Positions 27,521 through 40,378 of a stretch of 64,000 nt of DNA are shown in pieces. The stretch covers positions 12,648,001 to 12,712,000 of the forward strand of contig OX597839.1 of the NCBI GenBank assembly GCA_951406725.2. The letters are read 5' to 3'. The notes beneath the pieces are model-generated. The model did no database searches. It was not told the origin of the DNA and was given only the letters and a program-made list of their open reading frames with translations. The position numbers and the translations under genes were made by a program. This DNA is from Octopus vulgaris (lineage: Eukaryota). Every line of letters begins with the position of its first letter. Within the stretch, counting starts at the first letter, position 1.

Positions 27521-27838
27521 TATATATGCATATATATATTATAATACATACATATATATATATTATATATGTACATACACACACACACATACACACACAC
27601 GCACACACACACATATATATAGATAGATATAAGCAAACATATATACATATTAGTGATATATATATATATATATATACGCCAGTGAGTGGACAAACGAAAA
27701 AGGCATATATATATATAAATACATTTGTGTGTGTGTGTGTGTATATATATATGTATGTACATATATGTATGTATATATATCATGACAGATCGTTAGCCAC
27801 TACACACATTTTTTTCTCTCCTTGTTTTTTCTGTGTCC

Positions 27839-27875
27839 CTTTCTGTAGAAGAGCGTAGGCTCGAAACGTAAAAGA
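27839..27875 (+). ncRNA. Hammerhead motif, second copy of family c (host repeat ~27781-27966)
   Basis: CTTT-CTGTAGA-A-GAGC gtag GCTC-GAAAC-GTA-AAAG; same A6U core variant. Confidence 0.62.
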
Positions 27876-27961
27876 CTTTTTCTATTCCTGAGCGTTATAC
27901 TAATACATCTGTTTGTTTTGTACACCACCTGTCTTTGTCTTTTGTTTTTTTCGTAAACTCT

Positions 27962-28009
<48 letters not shown>

Positions 28010-28611
28010 GCATTGTACTCATAAACACGCACACACGCATATATATATAGGCAAATCAAAAATAAAATATAAACAATTATATACAGACAGACAATTAGAT
28101 AGATAGATAGATAGATAGATAAAACTTCAAGCGTATGTATAAATTGGGAATATATTCACGTGTAGATTTGACAAACATAAGTTTAATCCCCATTCTTCAA
28201 CCAATGAACCAATTTACCTAACGAGGCCGGCTCAATTAATTCACAAATTATTTATACACACGCTGCATCAGAGCTTTATCATAGAAATAGTGAAGGCACT
28301 GAAATGTCAGTGGGTGAAATCGGCGTTTCCACGCAGCATTCTGCAGAAGAAAGAAGGAATCTTGCTGAAGAAATATAAAAGTAACTAATATTTTTCGTTT
28401 ATAGGATAAATGATGAAGATGATTCTTAAATTATATAGACTTGCAGCGAGAATATTCAGCAATCGCCCGATGTCGTGATTCACTACAAAATTACCCACGT
28501 GATCAACAAAATCTGACCAATCACCCCTTTGTGCTGAATAGGCTCCTGCGTGTATTTTTTTCTTTGGCGCGTTTCCTTTGGAGCTTATCAATCAGTATAA
28601 TTTTGTCATAC

Positions 28612-29000
28612 GGATCTTTTCGGTTTGAACAGCATTTTTTTCTAGCGGTGTCATATGAAATTGTCACACATAATTATGACCTTAGTATCAATCTATTGCA
28701 TTTCAATCTGTTTTAGGGTTAGGGCTAGGGGTGGGGGGAAGGGTATCTTTTTTTCTTCACAAATGTAAATAAACCCAATCTGTTTCTTAAACGAGGGACA
28801 TATTCATACAGCACAGAATGTTGTCACCTCAATAGACGACATTGATTGGTTGAAATTGCAGAAATTGAAGAAAAAAAACAACAAATAAAGCCAAGAGAAA
28901 AAGATGTTTTATAAGCACATTCTACCAGTATACGAAGTTTAAAATTTTTTAGTTACGTGGAAATTATTTTTAAAAACTGCCGTTCAGACCGAAACGATCC
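28612..29000. mobile_element. Telomere-repeat MITE copy 4
   Basis: Both TIRs; flanks TGTCATAC / CGTCATAC (8 bp, 1 mismatch). Confidence 0.92.
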
Positions 29001-29849
29001 CGTCATACCGTTGACTACTAGATAGAGGGCTTTAGGATGCAGCAGAGATAGCATTGACAGACACTGTAGGAGTTGGTCAGCAGAGATGACAGATAGCAGC
29101 TGACAACAGAAAGTCAATGAATAGAGGGTGGTAGCACGGCAAGCAACTAACAACACTTTATCTGCTGCTTCCATTACACCAAGAACAAAACCTCTTGTCG
29201 TTTTGTCCTTCGTAGTAACAACATTTTTTTTTCATGTGTGTGCAGGCAAAGAATAAAATTTTGTTTATCAAAAATCTCAACAGACTCAAGTGATTTTTTT
29301 TCCGTCCAATTGGTGAATCACCCGATGTTGCGATTCACTAGAACATTCCCGTTACAGACACTCAGGATTGGTTTCCCAGTTTCCGTGACATATATATTAA
29401 CCCACTGGACGGGAGGCCAATCCATTGCAAGGTTACTCATTTCTGCCAGCAGAGTGGATTAGCGCAACGTGAAATGAAGTATTTTGCTTAAGAACACGAG
29501 TTGCCCAGTCCAGGAATCGAAACCACAATCTTACGATCATAAGTCCAACACCCTAATCATTAAGCCACACGCCTCTACCTTTTCTTTTATAGAATATATT
29601 ATTAAAAAAAAATAAGATATACCAAAAGCAACTATAATGTCGGTGCCCTAGCATGGCTGCAGCTCTCGAGCTAAAATTAGTTAAAGAGTTAACTGTATGT
29701 GTTTTAAGGGCTGCTGAGAGGTGTGTATCAATGTGTGCGACAGGGTGGTGTGGTGTGTATGTGTGTGTTCATACACACACATTGCCCACAACACCTTTGC
29801 GGTGCCTATCCTCACGCCTACGTGTGACCTTCTGAACTGGTAACTACAA

Positions 29850-31130
29850 CTCACAAGCAGCTCAGTGTTACAGGAAACTTCAACATCAATGGATATGTAG
29901 ACAGGTTATACTTCCCACCCAAGGGAGGTAGCCGTGATCTCAAATCTGTATTGATATCATATGAAGCACAGGTTATAACACTGAAACATCTGCAGCAGTA
30001 ACTATCTTGCCCATGTCTGACCATGAAACCAGCAATATAATTAGGATAGCTAAGGAACTGGCGGAGAGGTATGAAATAAGAACTGATGCAGATATCTCCC
30101 TTTAGGAACATTGGTAAAATCTATTTATCAGAACAGAAAGAACAATGAACCACTTCACTGAAAAGATAGTACATGGGTATTTAGCACATAAAACACAAAC
30201 CACAGAAGGAAATGATCATGTCAACAGTTTGGCATGGGGTACTGACCAGTTTATGACATCCTTCTTTGAAGGCTACATCCATGCAATCCATGAACAGAGA
30301 TCCTAAGTAACTACAACGTAAAATACAGAAAACGTTGACTGTCAAAAAATGTTGCCTGTACAAGACCAAGACTGAAGACATTAACTGTGAGAGAATGTCT
30401 TCCGGATATTATCTACCCATGAGGCTTGAACGACGGCTAGAAAGGTCTGGAACAGGATAACAAAAGGAAAATACTTACAAATGAAGTTGACAATATTGAG
30501 ACCGAGGGTCAAAAGAATACTAGTGGAACTTGAAAATTATAACAGCCACCAAGTTAAAACACAACCGACCATTGTTATTGAGTAGGCGGAAACGAGCTGG
30601 CAGAAACGTTAGCACGCCGGGCGAAATGCTTAGCGGTATTTCATTTGCCGTTACGTTCTGAGTTCAAATTCCGCCGAGGTTGACTTTGCCTTTTTATCCT
30701 TTTGGGGTCGATAAATAAACCACCAGTTACGCACTGAGGTCGATATAATCGACTTAATCCCTTTGTCTGTCCTTGTTTCTTCCCTCTATGTTTAGCCCCT
30801 TGTGGGCAATAAAGAAATAATTATTATTGAGTAGGACTACAAAGAAAAGATATGTTCTGTTGTGGAAATCAACCGCCATTTGGACAGTAATGTGGTTAGA
30901 AAAAAATACAAGAGAAAAAGAACATCTATGGACCGTTGATAAGAAGTTTGCAAATTCAGTACCCCAGATACACTTTTAGCTTCATGGTCATCATTACTGG
31001 AACAACAGGATACATACCAACCTGTCTGGTGCAAAGTATCTCTGAATTTGGAATCCCGGGGAAAGATGCAAATCCTTAATTGATATGCTACAAGTGATCA
31101 TGATATCTGAGACCATAAAAATCAGCAAGA
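29850..31130 (+). mobile_element. Second, more decayed RLE-type LINE fragment, interrupted by a SINE
   Basis: 30330-30430, 30540-30570 and 30836-30960 align with the reverse complement of 39560-39943. The SINE is flanked by TSD ttattgagtagg. Outer limits are uncertain. Confidence 0.72.
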
Positions 31131-31260
31131 CCTTAAGATTTAAAGCTGGCGGTTATATCAAGATGCTTTCCTTCACAATCTTGCTACCAAGTCGATGACC
31201 GGTCAAAATTTTCTCTTACATGGCTGCAGTCACATGACTGAAACAAGTAAAAGAATAAAA

Positions 31261-31678
31261 GAATCTTTTCAGTTTGAACGGTAGTTTTTTCTAGTGGTGT
31301 CATGTGAAATTGTCACCCTTAATCATGACCCTAGAATCGATCTATTACATTTCAATCTCTTTTAGGGTTAGGGTTAGGGGTGGAGGAAGGGTATCTTTTT
31401 TTCTTCACAAATGTGAATAAACCCAATCTGTTTCTTAAACGAGGGACATATTCATACGGCACAGAATGTTTTTTTTACCTCAATAGATGTCATTGATTGG
31501 TTGAAATTGCAGAAATTGAAGAAAAAAAACAATAAATATCTTACAAACTATAGACTTTTCTCAATAAAGCCAAAAGAAAAAGATGTTTTATAAACACATT
31601 CTACCAGTATACGAAGTTAAAAATTTTTTAGTTACCTAGAAATTATGTTAAAAACTGCCATTCAAACCGAAAAGATCC
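31261..31678. mobile_element. Telomere-repeat MITE copy 5
   Basis: Both TIRs (left one degenerate); (TTAGGG)3 at 31362-31379; no TSD recognisable. Confidence 0.9.
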
Positions 31679-32110
31679 AAACCTATAATTGTGTTTATGT
31701 GTATGTGTGTGTATTATATATGTCACCGGGAGCAAACATAGATACACATCTATTTCGATATCTGATGTACTTAAAACAATCAAAAACAATATAAACACAG
31801 GTGGAACAGAAGGACTCAGTTCATTGCCGACTGCTTCAATGAGTATTAAGAGGAAGAGGGGAAGTAGAAATTAAAAAGAGACATCTAGACAGATAGATGG
31901 ACAAACAGACAGAGAAGATAGTTGAGGTTAGTATATATGACACAATAATAAGGACAGTTGATGAGGAGACGGTATGGGTTTACAGGCTATGTACTGGGGT
32001 AACTATATACAAAAGTATTTCATTTCTTACTGTGTACTCTTTCAGTTCAAATACGCCATGGCAGACTTTGTTCCATTTACTATACGTATAAACAAACGTG
32101 CTTACATATA

Positions 32111-32144
<34 letters not shown>

Positions 32145-32462
32145 CATACATACATACATACATACATACATACACACACACACATGCGTATACCTGTATA
32201 TATTTAGACACACAAACATCCGTCTATATGTGTATGTATGTGTGTGTGTATATATATATGTGTGTGTGTGTGTGCACAGACTGACAGACACATATCTATC
32301 TATCTATCTATCTGTGTGGTAAGTAGCTTGCTTACCAACCACATGGTTCCAGGTTCAGTCCCACTGCGTGACACCTTTGGCAAGTGTCTTCTACTATAGC
32401 CTCAGGCCGACCAAAACCTTGTGAGTGGATTTGGTAAACAGAAACTGAAAGAAGCCCGTCAC

Positions 32463-32505
<43 letters not shown>

Positions 32506-32884
32506 TGAAAAGCATGAAGACAAATATATTTCTCTTTGGTAGAGGCCTCATTGACTTCTTCAAGCTTCACTTGAAAAGGAAATTGAAGGTGAGGAAGGAA
32601 GTACTGTCCTCAAGTCAGTTTAGCGAAAGGTGGGTGAAAGTTGAGAAAATGGCAAGAGTGGATGGTATCTCTCTAAGTGTAGACTTGTGAATTGGAGAAA
32701 GGGAATTGGGGAGGGCACTTGCCCTTAGTGTTGAGGGAGATGTTGGACAGTGGGTATCCTCGATTATCCCGAGAGGTCACCCCTGTATCAGGAGGACTAC
32801 ACCTTCCCCAATTTTTTTAACCTTTGTATACTATGAACATTTTCCATCCATTTCATTCTCTACCGTGTATACTTACAATTTTTT

Positions 32885-33376
32885 GTAATAATAATAATGA
32901 AATTATTGTATACAGTGCTCAGATGCACCACAACTTGTCAAAAAGTGCATATAAAGTATATGCAATAATGTACAGATGTCTGAAAAGCGAACAGTGTATG
33001 AGTCAGATACATGCTTGCATGTGTATGGAGGGGAGAAAATCTGGTGTAGTGTTGGCGAATCTCAGGAAGCATGGAAGTTTTGAAGGATGCAGTGCTCCAA
33101 CAACTAACAACTGATGCAGTCAGTCTGTTCAGCAACTCTTAGCGTGAAAAAATGTTTCCGAAAGTCATGGGAGCTGTGCTGTTTTCTGACTTTGTAAACA
33201 TGTCCACGGGTGTTAGACAGGTGGAGTTTGAAAAGGTGCTCAGAGATATTGTTTGTAAGATGGTTAATAATTTTATGGGTGTCTGCCAAGTCAGCTGCCA
33301 GATGTAGGAGTTTCAATGTTTCCATGCCCAGGGAAGTAAGGCATTCAGAATATGGCAAATGCCTGATGGAGGGTAT
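32885..33376 (-). mobile_element. CR1-clade LINE 3' fragment
   Basis: MPYSECLTSLGMETL...ADLADTHKII...TRGHVYKV...RKHFFTLRV resembles a CR1 ORF2 C-terminus; ends in an (ATT)n tail. Confidence 0.85.
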
Positions 33377-33792
33377 TATTTGTTACTTATTTGATTATTT
33401 TATCATTTCACTATATGTAAACCCCAACACTTTGTTTTGTATTGTGCCCCTCATCCTTCACCCTGGTGGCAAATAAATGAAATCATTATCATTATTATTA
33501 TTAGTATTCTTATTATTGTCATTATTACTGTCCTTCGTCACATTCTGAGTTCAAATTCCGCCGATGTCAACTTTGCGTTTCATCCTTTTGAGGTCGATAA
33601 ATTAAGTACCAGTCAAGTATCCCCCTCATCTTTCGCACTAGTGGCAAATAAATGAAATCATCATCAGGCGGTGAGCTGGCAGAATCGTTAGTACTCCAGA
33701 CAAAATTCCTAACTGCATTTCTTCCGACTCATTACGTCCCGAGTTCAAATTCCGTCGAGTTCAAATTCCGTGGAGGTCAACTTTGTGACTCA

Positions 33793-34213
33793 GGATCTTT
33801 TCAGTTTGAATGGCAGTTTTTTCTAGCGGTGTCATATGAAATTGTCACCCATAATTATGACCCTAGTATCAATCTATTACATTTCAATCTGTTTTAGGGT
33901 TAGGGGTTAGGGGTGGGGGGAAGGGTATCTTTTTTTCTTCACAAATGTAAATAAACTCAATCTGTTTCTTAAACGAGGGACATATTCATATGGCACAGAA
34001 TGTTTTTTTACCTCAATAGACGTCATTGATTGGTTGAAATTGCAGAAATTGAAGAAAAAAAACCAACAAATATCTTACAAACTATAGAATTTTCTCAATA
34101 AAGCCAAGAGAAAAAGATGTTTTATAAATACATTCTACCAGTATACGAAGTTTAAAGGTGTTTAGTTACGTGGAAATTATTTAAAAAAACAGCTGTTCAA
34201 ACTGAAAAGATCC
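33793..34213. mobile_element. Telomere-repeat MITE copy 6, inserted in a SINE
   Basis: Both TIRs; flanks GTGACTCA / GCAACTCA (CpG-decayed 8-bp TSD); the SINE resumes at 34214. Confidence 0.92.
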
Positions 34214-34613
34214 GCAACTCATCCTTTTGAGATCGATGAAATAAATACCAGTCGTACACTGGGGGTCGATGTAATCGACTACCACACCCCCACCCACTAC
34301 AGATCAAGCTTTCGGCCTACAGAAAGATTATTCGTATACAAGTATGTGTATGCGCGAACGTGCGTGTGTATGTGTGCAATCCGGTGGTTTATGATAACCT
34401 GTGCCACAGATATTATGACCCGCAAGTCAAACAATTTCAGTTCAAACAATTTAAGTTCAAAACGATTAAAATAGATTTCATTAAGTTGAGCAAAAACACC
34501 TAAATCAAGTCATCAAAGAACGAGATCTGACTGGTTTAGGCTTAGTTCATGTGTGGGTGTAAACATGTGTCTGTGTATGTATGTGTATGTATATATACAT
34601 ATTTATGTATATA

Positions 34614-34724
<111 letters not shown>

Positions 34725-35919
34725 TAATAAACATACACTCTCCACTTTGTAAATAACAGCCTAGACTTTATACGAAGTACTCAACATAAACACTGGGTTG
34801 TTGTTGTTGTTGTTGGTGGTGGTTGTGGTGGTGGTGGTGGTGGTGATGTTGGTGGTGCTAGTGGTCATCGTTGTCGTCGTGGCGGTGTACTGGTAGTGGC
34901 AATGATGATGTTATCGTTGTTGGTGGTAGTGTTTGGTCATGGTGATGGTCATGTCAGTGATGCTAGTGGTTGTGCAGTTTTTTAGCCACAGGTTTTAGCT
35001 CTGATCGAGCCGACGATCTCCAAACAAAGACGTTCCAGTTGTGTCCACGTCATCTTTTTCTTTGGTGCTTTGTACTCTAGATCACATTAATCACCGTGCC
35101 CTATTGTACAACGTTAGGATGTAATAAAGCCTGTGCAAAACTGACAACAGGTCCAGGGCAACTGTGAAATATAGGCCCTATTTCAATAGGCAATATGTCC
35201 AGGCCAGATGTAAAATTTCATCCCCATTTTATTTAGTAATAAGCTTACAATGAATGTGAAATGTATTCATTTCAAATTACTCGTTAGCTATTTTAATAAT
35301 CAATGTCAAATGGGTTACAGGTATGTACATGTACTTACAAGTAACAAATCAAAATACGAACGATTTATATAAGGTAACTGTTTACTAAAGAGGCTGAAAG
35401 ATTCAGGTTTTATGCGGAAATGGATTTCAGGTAGATCTGTAAAGTGAGGTCAAGTACTAGTGATGAGTTATGTATCATTTTCAACCGGCAGCAAGGTGGT
35501 TGTGTTTATCAGTAAATACAATGAAAGAAAATGCTGTGGTCGTCCGCATTGAATATCCATTGTAGTTTTTTTTTTCTTATTTTGCATCTAAGCCATTACT
35601 TCTAACTGATGCCCCTTCAAAATCGCAAACCATTTCAAGTGGCCATATCAATACTTATTTCTTTACTAACCACAAGGGGCTAAACACAGAGAGGACAAAC
35701 AAGGACAAACGGATTAAGTCGATTATATCGACTTCAGTGCGTCACTGGTACTTATTTAATCAACCCCGAAAGGATGAAAGGCAAAGTCGACCTAGGCGGA
35801 ATTTGAACTCAGAACGTAACGACAGACGAAATACGGCTACGCCTTTTGCCTGGCGTGCTAACGTTTCTGCCAGTTCGCCGCCTTAATCAATTATATATCA
35901 GGTGAGATATAAGGGCAGG

Positions 35920-36380
35920 TGCCATTGTAGCATGTCGTTGCATCCACTATTTGTCGGTATTTGCTTGGGTCTTTCTAATCAACCCTTGGAGCAGTATCTC
36001 AGTTCCATCTCGGTGAGATACTTCCTCATCCACTGCAACCATGTGGAGTGTGGTCGACCAACACATTCCATCACCCCTACCGTATTTTCAGAGATGAGAA
36101 CACGATACGCAGGATCTAACTCGGAAAATTGAGCAACATCACCAAACAGCCTGCACCGATGCTCCAAAATCATTCAAGTAATAGGATGCATCCCTGTTGT
36201 TGGTTGGATACAAAATCCAACCAATTGTAACCCACAATCGAGTGAAGCGTCACAGTACAATATCAATATGTACAAAAGCTTCCAGAATGAACATCACTAC
36301 AGGCATCGACAATAGGTCCAGGCTAGATGTGAAATGTAAGCCCTGTTTCATAGGCTGTCCAATGCCACCACAACCCTGTT
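35920..36380 (-). mobile_element. Degenerate RTE-like LINE 3' fragment
   Basis: RLFGDVAQF..DPAYRVL...GRPHSTW resembles the RW(F/L)GH...GRP..W end of RTE ORF2. Confidence 0.55.
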
Positions 36381-36405
36381 GACCACATGAAAAAAAATGA
36401 CTTAA

Positions 36406-36625
36406 CATTTTCGTTACTGTTTTTATTTTGAGATGCTCTGTGTTTCTTTCAATTACTTTAAATATAACAAAGAATTTAGTAAAATAACTTAGTCATCATT
36501 CAGCTAGTGTTAGGAACATAAATTGTGACTAAGGTTTGGTGGAAGATTTTAATTCAAAACTTATGAAAACAAGACATTTGTACTCAGAGCCAGAGCCGGT
36601 TTCAGCCAGGTTGGTAACGAAAGGG
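36406..36625. mobile_element. piggyBac-like MITE
   Basis: TTAA on both sides; imperfect TIR cattttcgttac / gtaacgaaaggg. Confidence 0.8.
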
Positions 36626-38536
36626 TTAAGTGAAAAAAAATGTATGTTCAAAGCCTACAACCACAGCATTTCTTATTACATTTATCTACAAAGACAACCA
36701 CTTTGCCATCAGCATCATCATTATGCCAGCTGAATATGGTACATAAGTCATCACCAGTACTCAGCCTCTCTTTACATCTCTGCCTGAAATCCGTTTCCGC
36801 ATAAAACTTGACTCAATTCTATTTTGACAGAACGGTTTGGCAATAAATTAAAACTTAATACCGAAGCAAATCTTTTGCCAAACTGCCTTCCTGCTCAAAT
36901 GGATACCTAATCCTCAGATCTCAACTAACATCACAATCATAGTTATACTTTTAACTTTACCCACATCATATTCCCTCCCAATAACCTCGTTAACCCATTC
37001 TAGCCACCCTCCACCAATAACGAACACGGCTGCAAACTTACTACATTGAAATTACATCCATCTGCAACTTTCTACAAATCAAACAAACCAATGCATTACA
37101 AACAAACCTTCAATCTTAATGCTTCACATTAAAAAACAAAAAGTTAAGACGGAAAATGCTTTTATTTAACCTTCCTAGCAATAAAAGTAAAAAATTTTGT
37201 GTTGTTTTCTGGGACACCTACAAAGTACCAGTGTTAGAACACTGTAACATTGGAATGTAGTTTACGAAAACAAATTCACATTTTAATAGTGAGAAAAGGC
37301 TCGCATATTTTACTGTGCTACTTGCAGATTGTAATGTGTGAATTAGCTGGTTGATCTCTTTTCCTAAAAACCTTAGCTTGTCTAGATTGCCATTTAGGAA
37401 TTTACTCACAAAACCAATAGCTCCAATACTTATAGATGTATATGTGAATTTATAATTTATGTCTATGCATGTATATGTACATTGAGATATTGCACACAAG
37501 AAAGTCATTGTTTGCATTCACTACCCCGTAGTCATTGGGGTTAATGCTATAATTGGAAAGGGTACTGGTGGTGTCTGGGCATTTGGTAAAGTTACGGATA
37601 AGGTGGTCCAGACCTAGGTAATACTATTAACATGATTATAGTGGATGCCTGGGGCTTATGAGTAGATGCCTGAGATTACGTCTATTAAAAGCGACGCTTG
37701 ACGGAGCCCAAGATTGGTGTGGTGAAACAGGAAATTTCAATTGTGGACTTATTAAATATGGTTTAGTACTTATGCCATTAAAAGACGAGGTGGTTGTAGA
37801 TGAAATGCCTTGAACCAGAGCTCTGTTGGATCAGCGTCGACCTGCAGCTAAACAGCAACAGCAAATCAATGAGGAAGCCCAGACAAGGCCTATAGCCTTG
37901 CTATAAACAGTAGCCAAATGTCCTTCCCGAAAAGTGATGAGAGGAGTTTTGCATTGAATCATGTTGTCTTAGACACACACAATTCCACAAGCCCAGAGAG
38001 AAGAATGAGATAGTTATGACAGAAGCTCCATTGATCATAGATCTGTTCGATCTGGAGCTCAACAACAGCAACAAGAACATCAACAACAACGTTATTAACA
38101 CAAACAAGTGTCATCACTAATAACCTCAACAGCATCATCATTATCCATATCAACAACAACATCACCATATTACCATCAACAATAACAACATCAGTAACAA
38201 AATAACAGCATGAACAACACAACAACAACGATAGCAACGACAAGAATAACAACAATAACAAGGTCGAATACCAGTGAAAAACATTTCAAATGAATTCCTT
38301 TCAATGACCAAGGGAAGGGAAGGGTGGTTTCCCTGCCACCGAAACCAAACATTGCATTGTCCATGCTACTTATTTGTCATATATTCAACATACATAGTTT
38401 GGTTACTACTGAAGACTGGGTGGTAGATTAGTTTGGTTTGTAGACATTAATTCCCCACCACCACCACCACCACACACACACATACATACATACACACACA
38501 TAATCACAAGCACAAAAGTACAGATACACACAAACA

Positions 38537-38571
<35 letters not shown>

Positions 38572-38821
38572 TCTCACGCGTATGCACGTGTTAAATCTGT
38601 ACCACAACTTGAGTAGAGCATTTGAATTGGGTACAGGTATACTTCAACTTACATCGTTTCGAGTTATGTCTTTGTTTTTTTACTTCACATGTTATCTTTT
38701 CTTTTTTAAAGAAATTAATGGAAAAATAAACGGATATTTTCGGTTTGAACGTGTATGTATGCATATATATATATAGGTTATGAGAGGTAAATTAACTATT
38801 ACTTAACTATTCTCTCACACC

Positions 38822-38873
38822 GTCTCCGATGATGGGATATAATTAATAAATATCCTGGAAACAGCTGTAAGAC
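38822..38873 (+). ncRNA. Type-I hammerhead motif (family d; host repeat ~38775-38940)
   Basis: GTCT-CCGATGA-T-GGGATAT aattaataa ATATCCT-G-GAA-ACAGCTGT-A-AGAC: stem I GTCT/AGAC, 7-bp stem II, palindromic stem III ACAGCTGT, GUA site; U4C core variant. Confidence 0.75.
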
Positions 38874-39202
38874 CTATCTATAAATGTTCTAAAATCTACT
38901 CAGCCTTGGTTTTTTATCTCATTATGAAAAAAAATTTGTGTATATATATATAGTATTTATATTCGTGTAACATCGTCCGTTTTTCTGTCCTTGTTTCGTA
39001 TACATTCGATTCTTTTTCCAAGAAATCTAATGCTCGTAGCTTAGTTTTTCCTTGGGGCTGGCCAGATCAGAGCAATCTCAAGATTAATCAGCCGAAATTG
39101 CAAGGATGATCCGGTTCTTGACTGAAGATTAGAGGCTTCAAATGACCCGTCTGTATTTTTTGTATTGTCCATTTGAATGTTTTGCGTTCTTGTCCCATTT
39201 TG

Positions 39203-39260
<58 letters not shown>

Positions 39261-39284
39261 TATATACATATATATACATATATA

Positions 39285-39315
<31 letters not shown>

Positions 39316-39399
39316 TGAATTTTGACCAACCACCTGCTTGGTAGCAATGTTGTGAAAGAAAACATCTTCTTTTATTCATCATTGTTTAAATCTTAAGAA

Positions 39400-40378
39400 G
39401 GTCTTGCATATTTTTATAGTCCCAGACATCGTGATCCTTTGTAGTGTATAATTAAGAATTCGCGTTCTCTCCCAAGGAATCCAAATTCAGCCATACTTTG
39501 CTCCAGGTGGGTTGGTATGCATCCTGTTCCTCCAATAATAATAGATATGAAGTTGAAAACGTATCTTGAGTAGTGGATTTGCAAACTCCCAATCAATGGC
39601 CCATAGATGTACTCTTGTATGTTCCTAGTCACAGTGGTGTCCAGAAGGCAGCTGATTTCCACAACAGAACATATCTTTTCCGTGTGGTTTCACATACAAG
39701 TATCTGGCCGCTTGTGTTTTAACTTGGTGACTGTTTTAATTTTTAAGTTCTACCAGTATTCTTTTGATCCATTGGTCTCAATATGGTCCACTTTGTCGGT
39801 GTTTTCTTTTTTGCTATCCTGCTTCATACTGCTTGGTCACCACATCATGCCCCACAGGAAGATAATATCTGGAAGACATTCTCTCACAGTTGGCAATAAT
39901 GTGGTCGATGTCTTCAGTTTTGGTCTTGCACAGCCCACATTTGGGATCTTTTCGGTTTGAACGGCAGTTTTTAAAAATAATTTCCACGTAACTAAACACC
40001 TTTAAACTTCGTATACTGGTAGAATGTGTTTATAAAACATCTTTTCTCTTGGCTTTATTGAGAAAATTCTATAGTTTGTAAGATATTTGTTGTTTTTTTC
40101 TTCAATTTCTGCAATTTCAACCAATCAGTGGAGGTGAAAACATTCTGTGCCATATGAATATGTCCCTCGTTTAAGAAACAGATTGGGTTTATTTACATTT
40201 GTGAAGAAAAAAAGATACCCTTCCCTCCCACCACTAACCCTAACCCTAAAACAGATTGAAATGCAATAGATCAATACTAGGGTCATAATTATGGGTGACA
40301 ATTTCATCTGACACCGCTAGAAAAAACTGCTGTTCAAACCGAAAAGATCCCACATTTGTTGTCTGTCAATGTTTTTAC
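39400..40378 (-). mobile_element. RLE-type (R4/Dong-like) non-LTR retrotransposon 3' fragment, split by MITE copy 7
   Basis: CCHC knuckle CGLCKTKTEDIDHIIANC...YYLPVGHDVV, then KICSVVEISC and IIIGGTG restriction-like endonuclease motifs. Confidence 0.8.
39944..40350. mobile_element. Telomere-repeat MITE copy 7, inserted in an RLE-type LINE
   Basis: Both TIRs; perfect 8-bp TSD CACATTTG. Confidence 0.94.
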
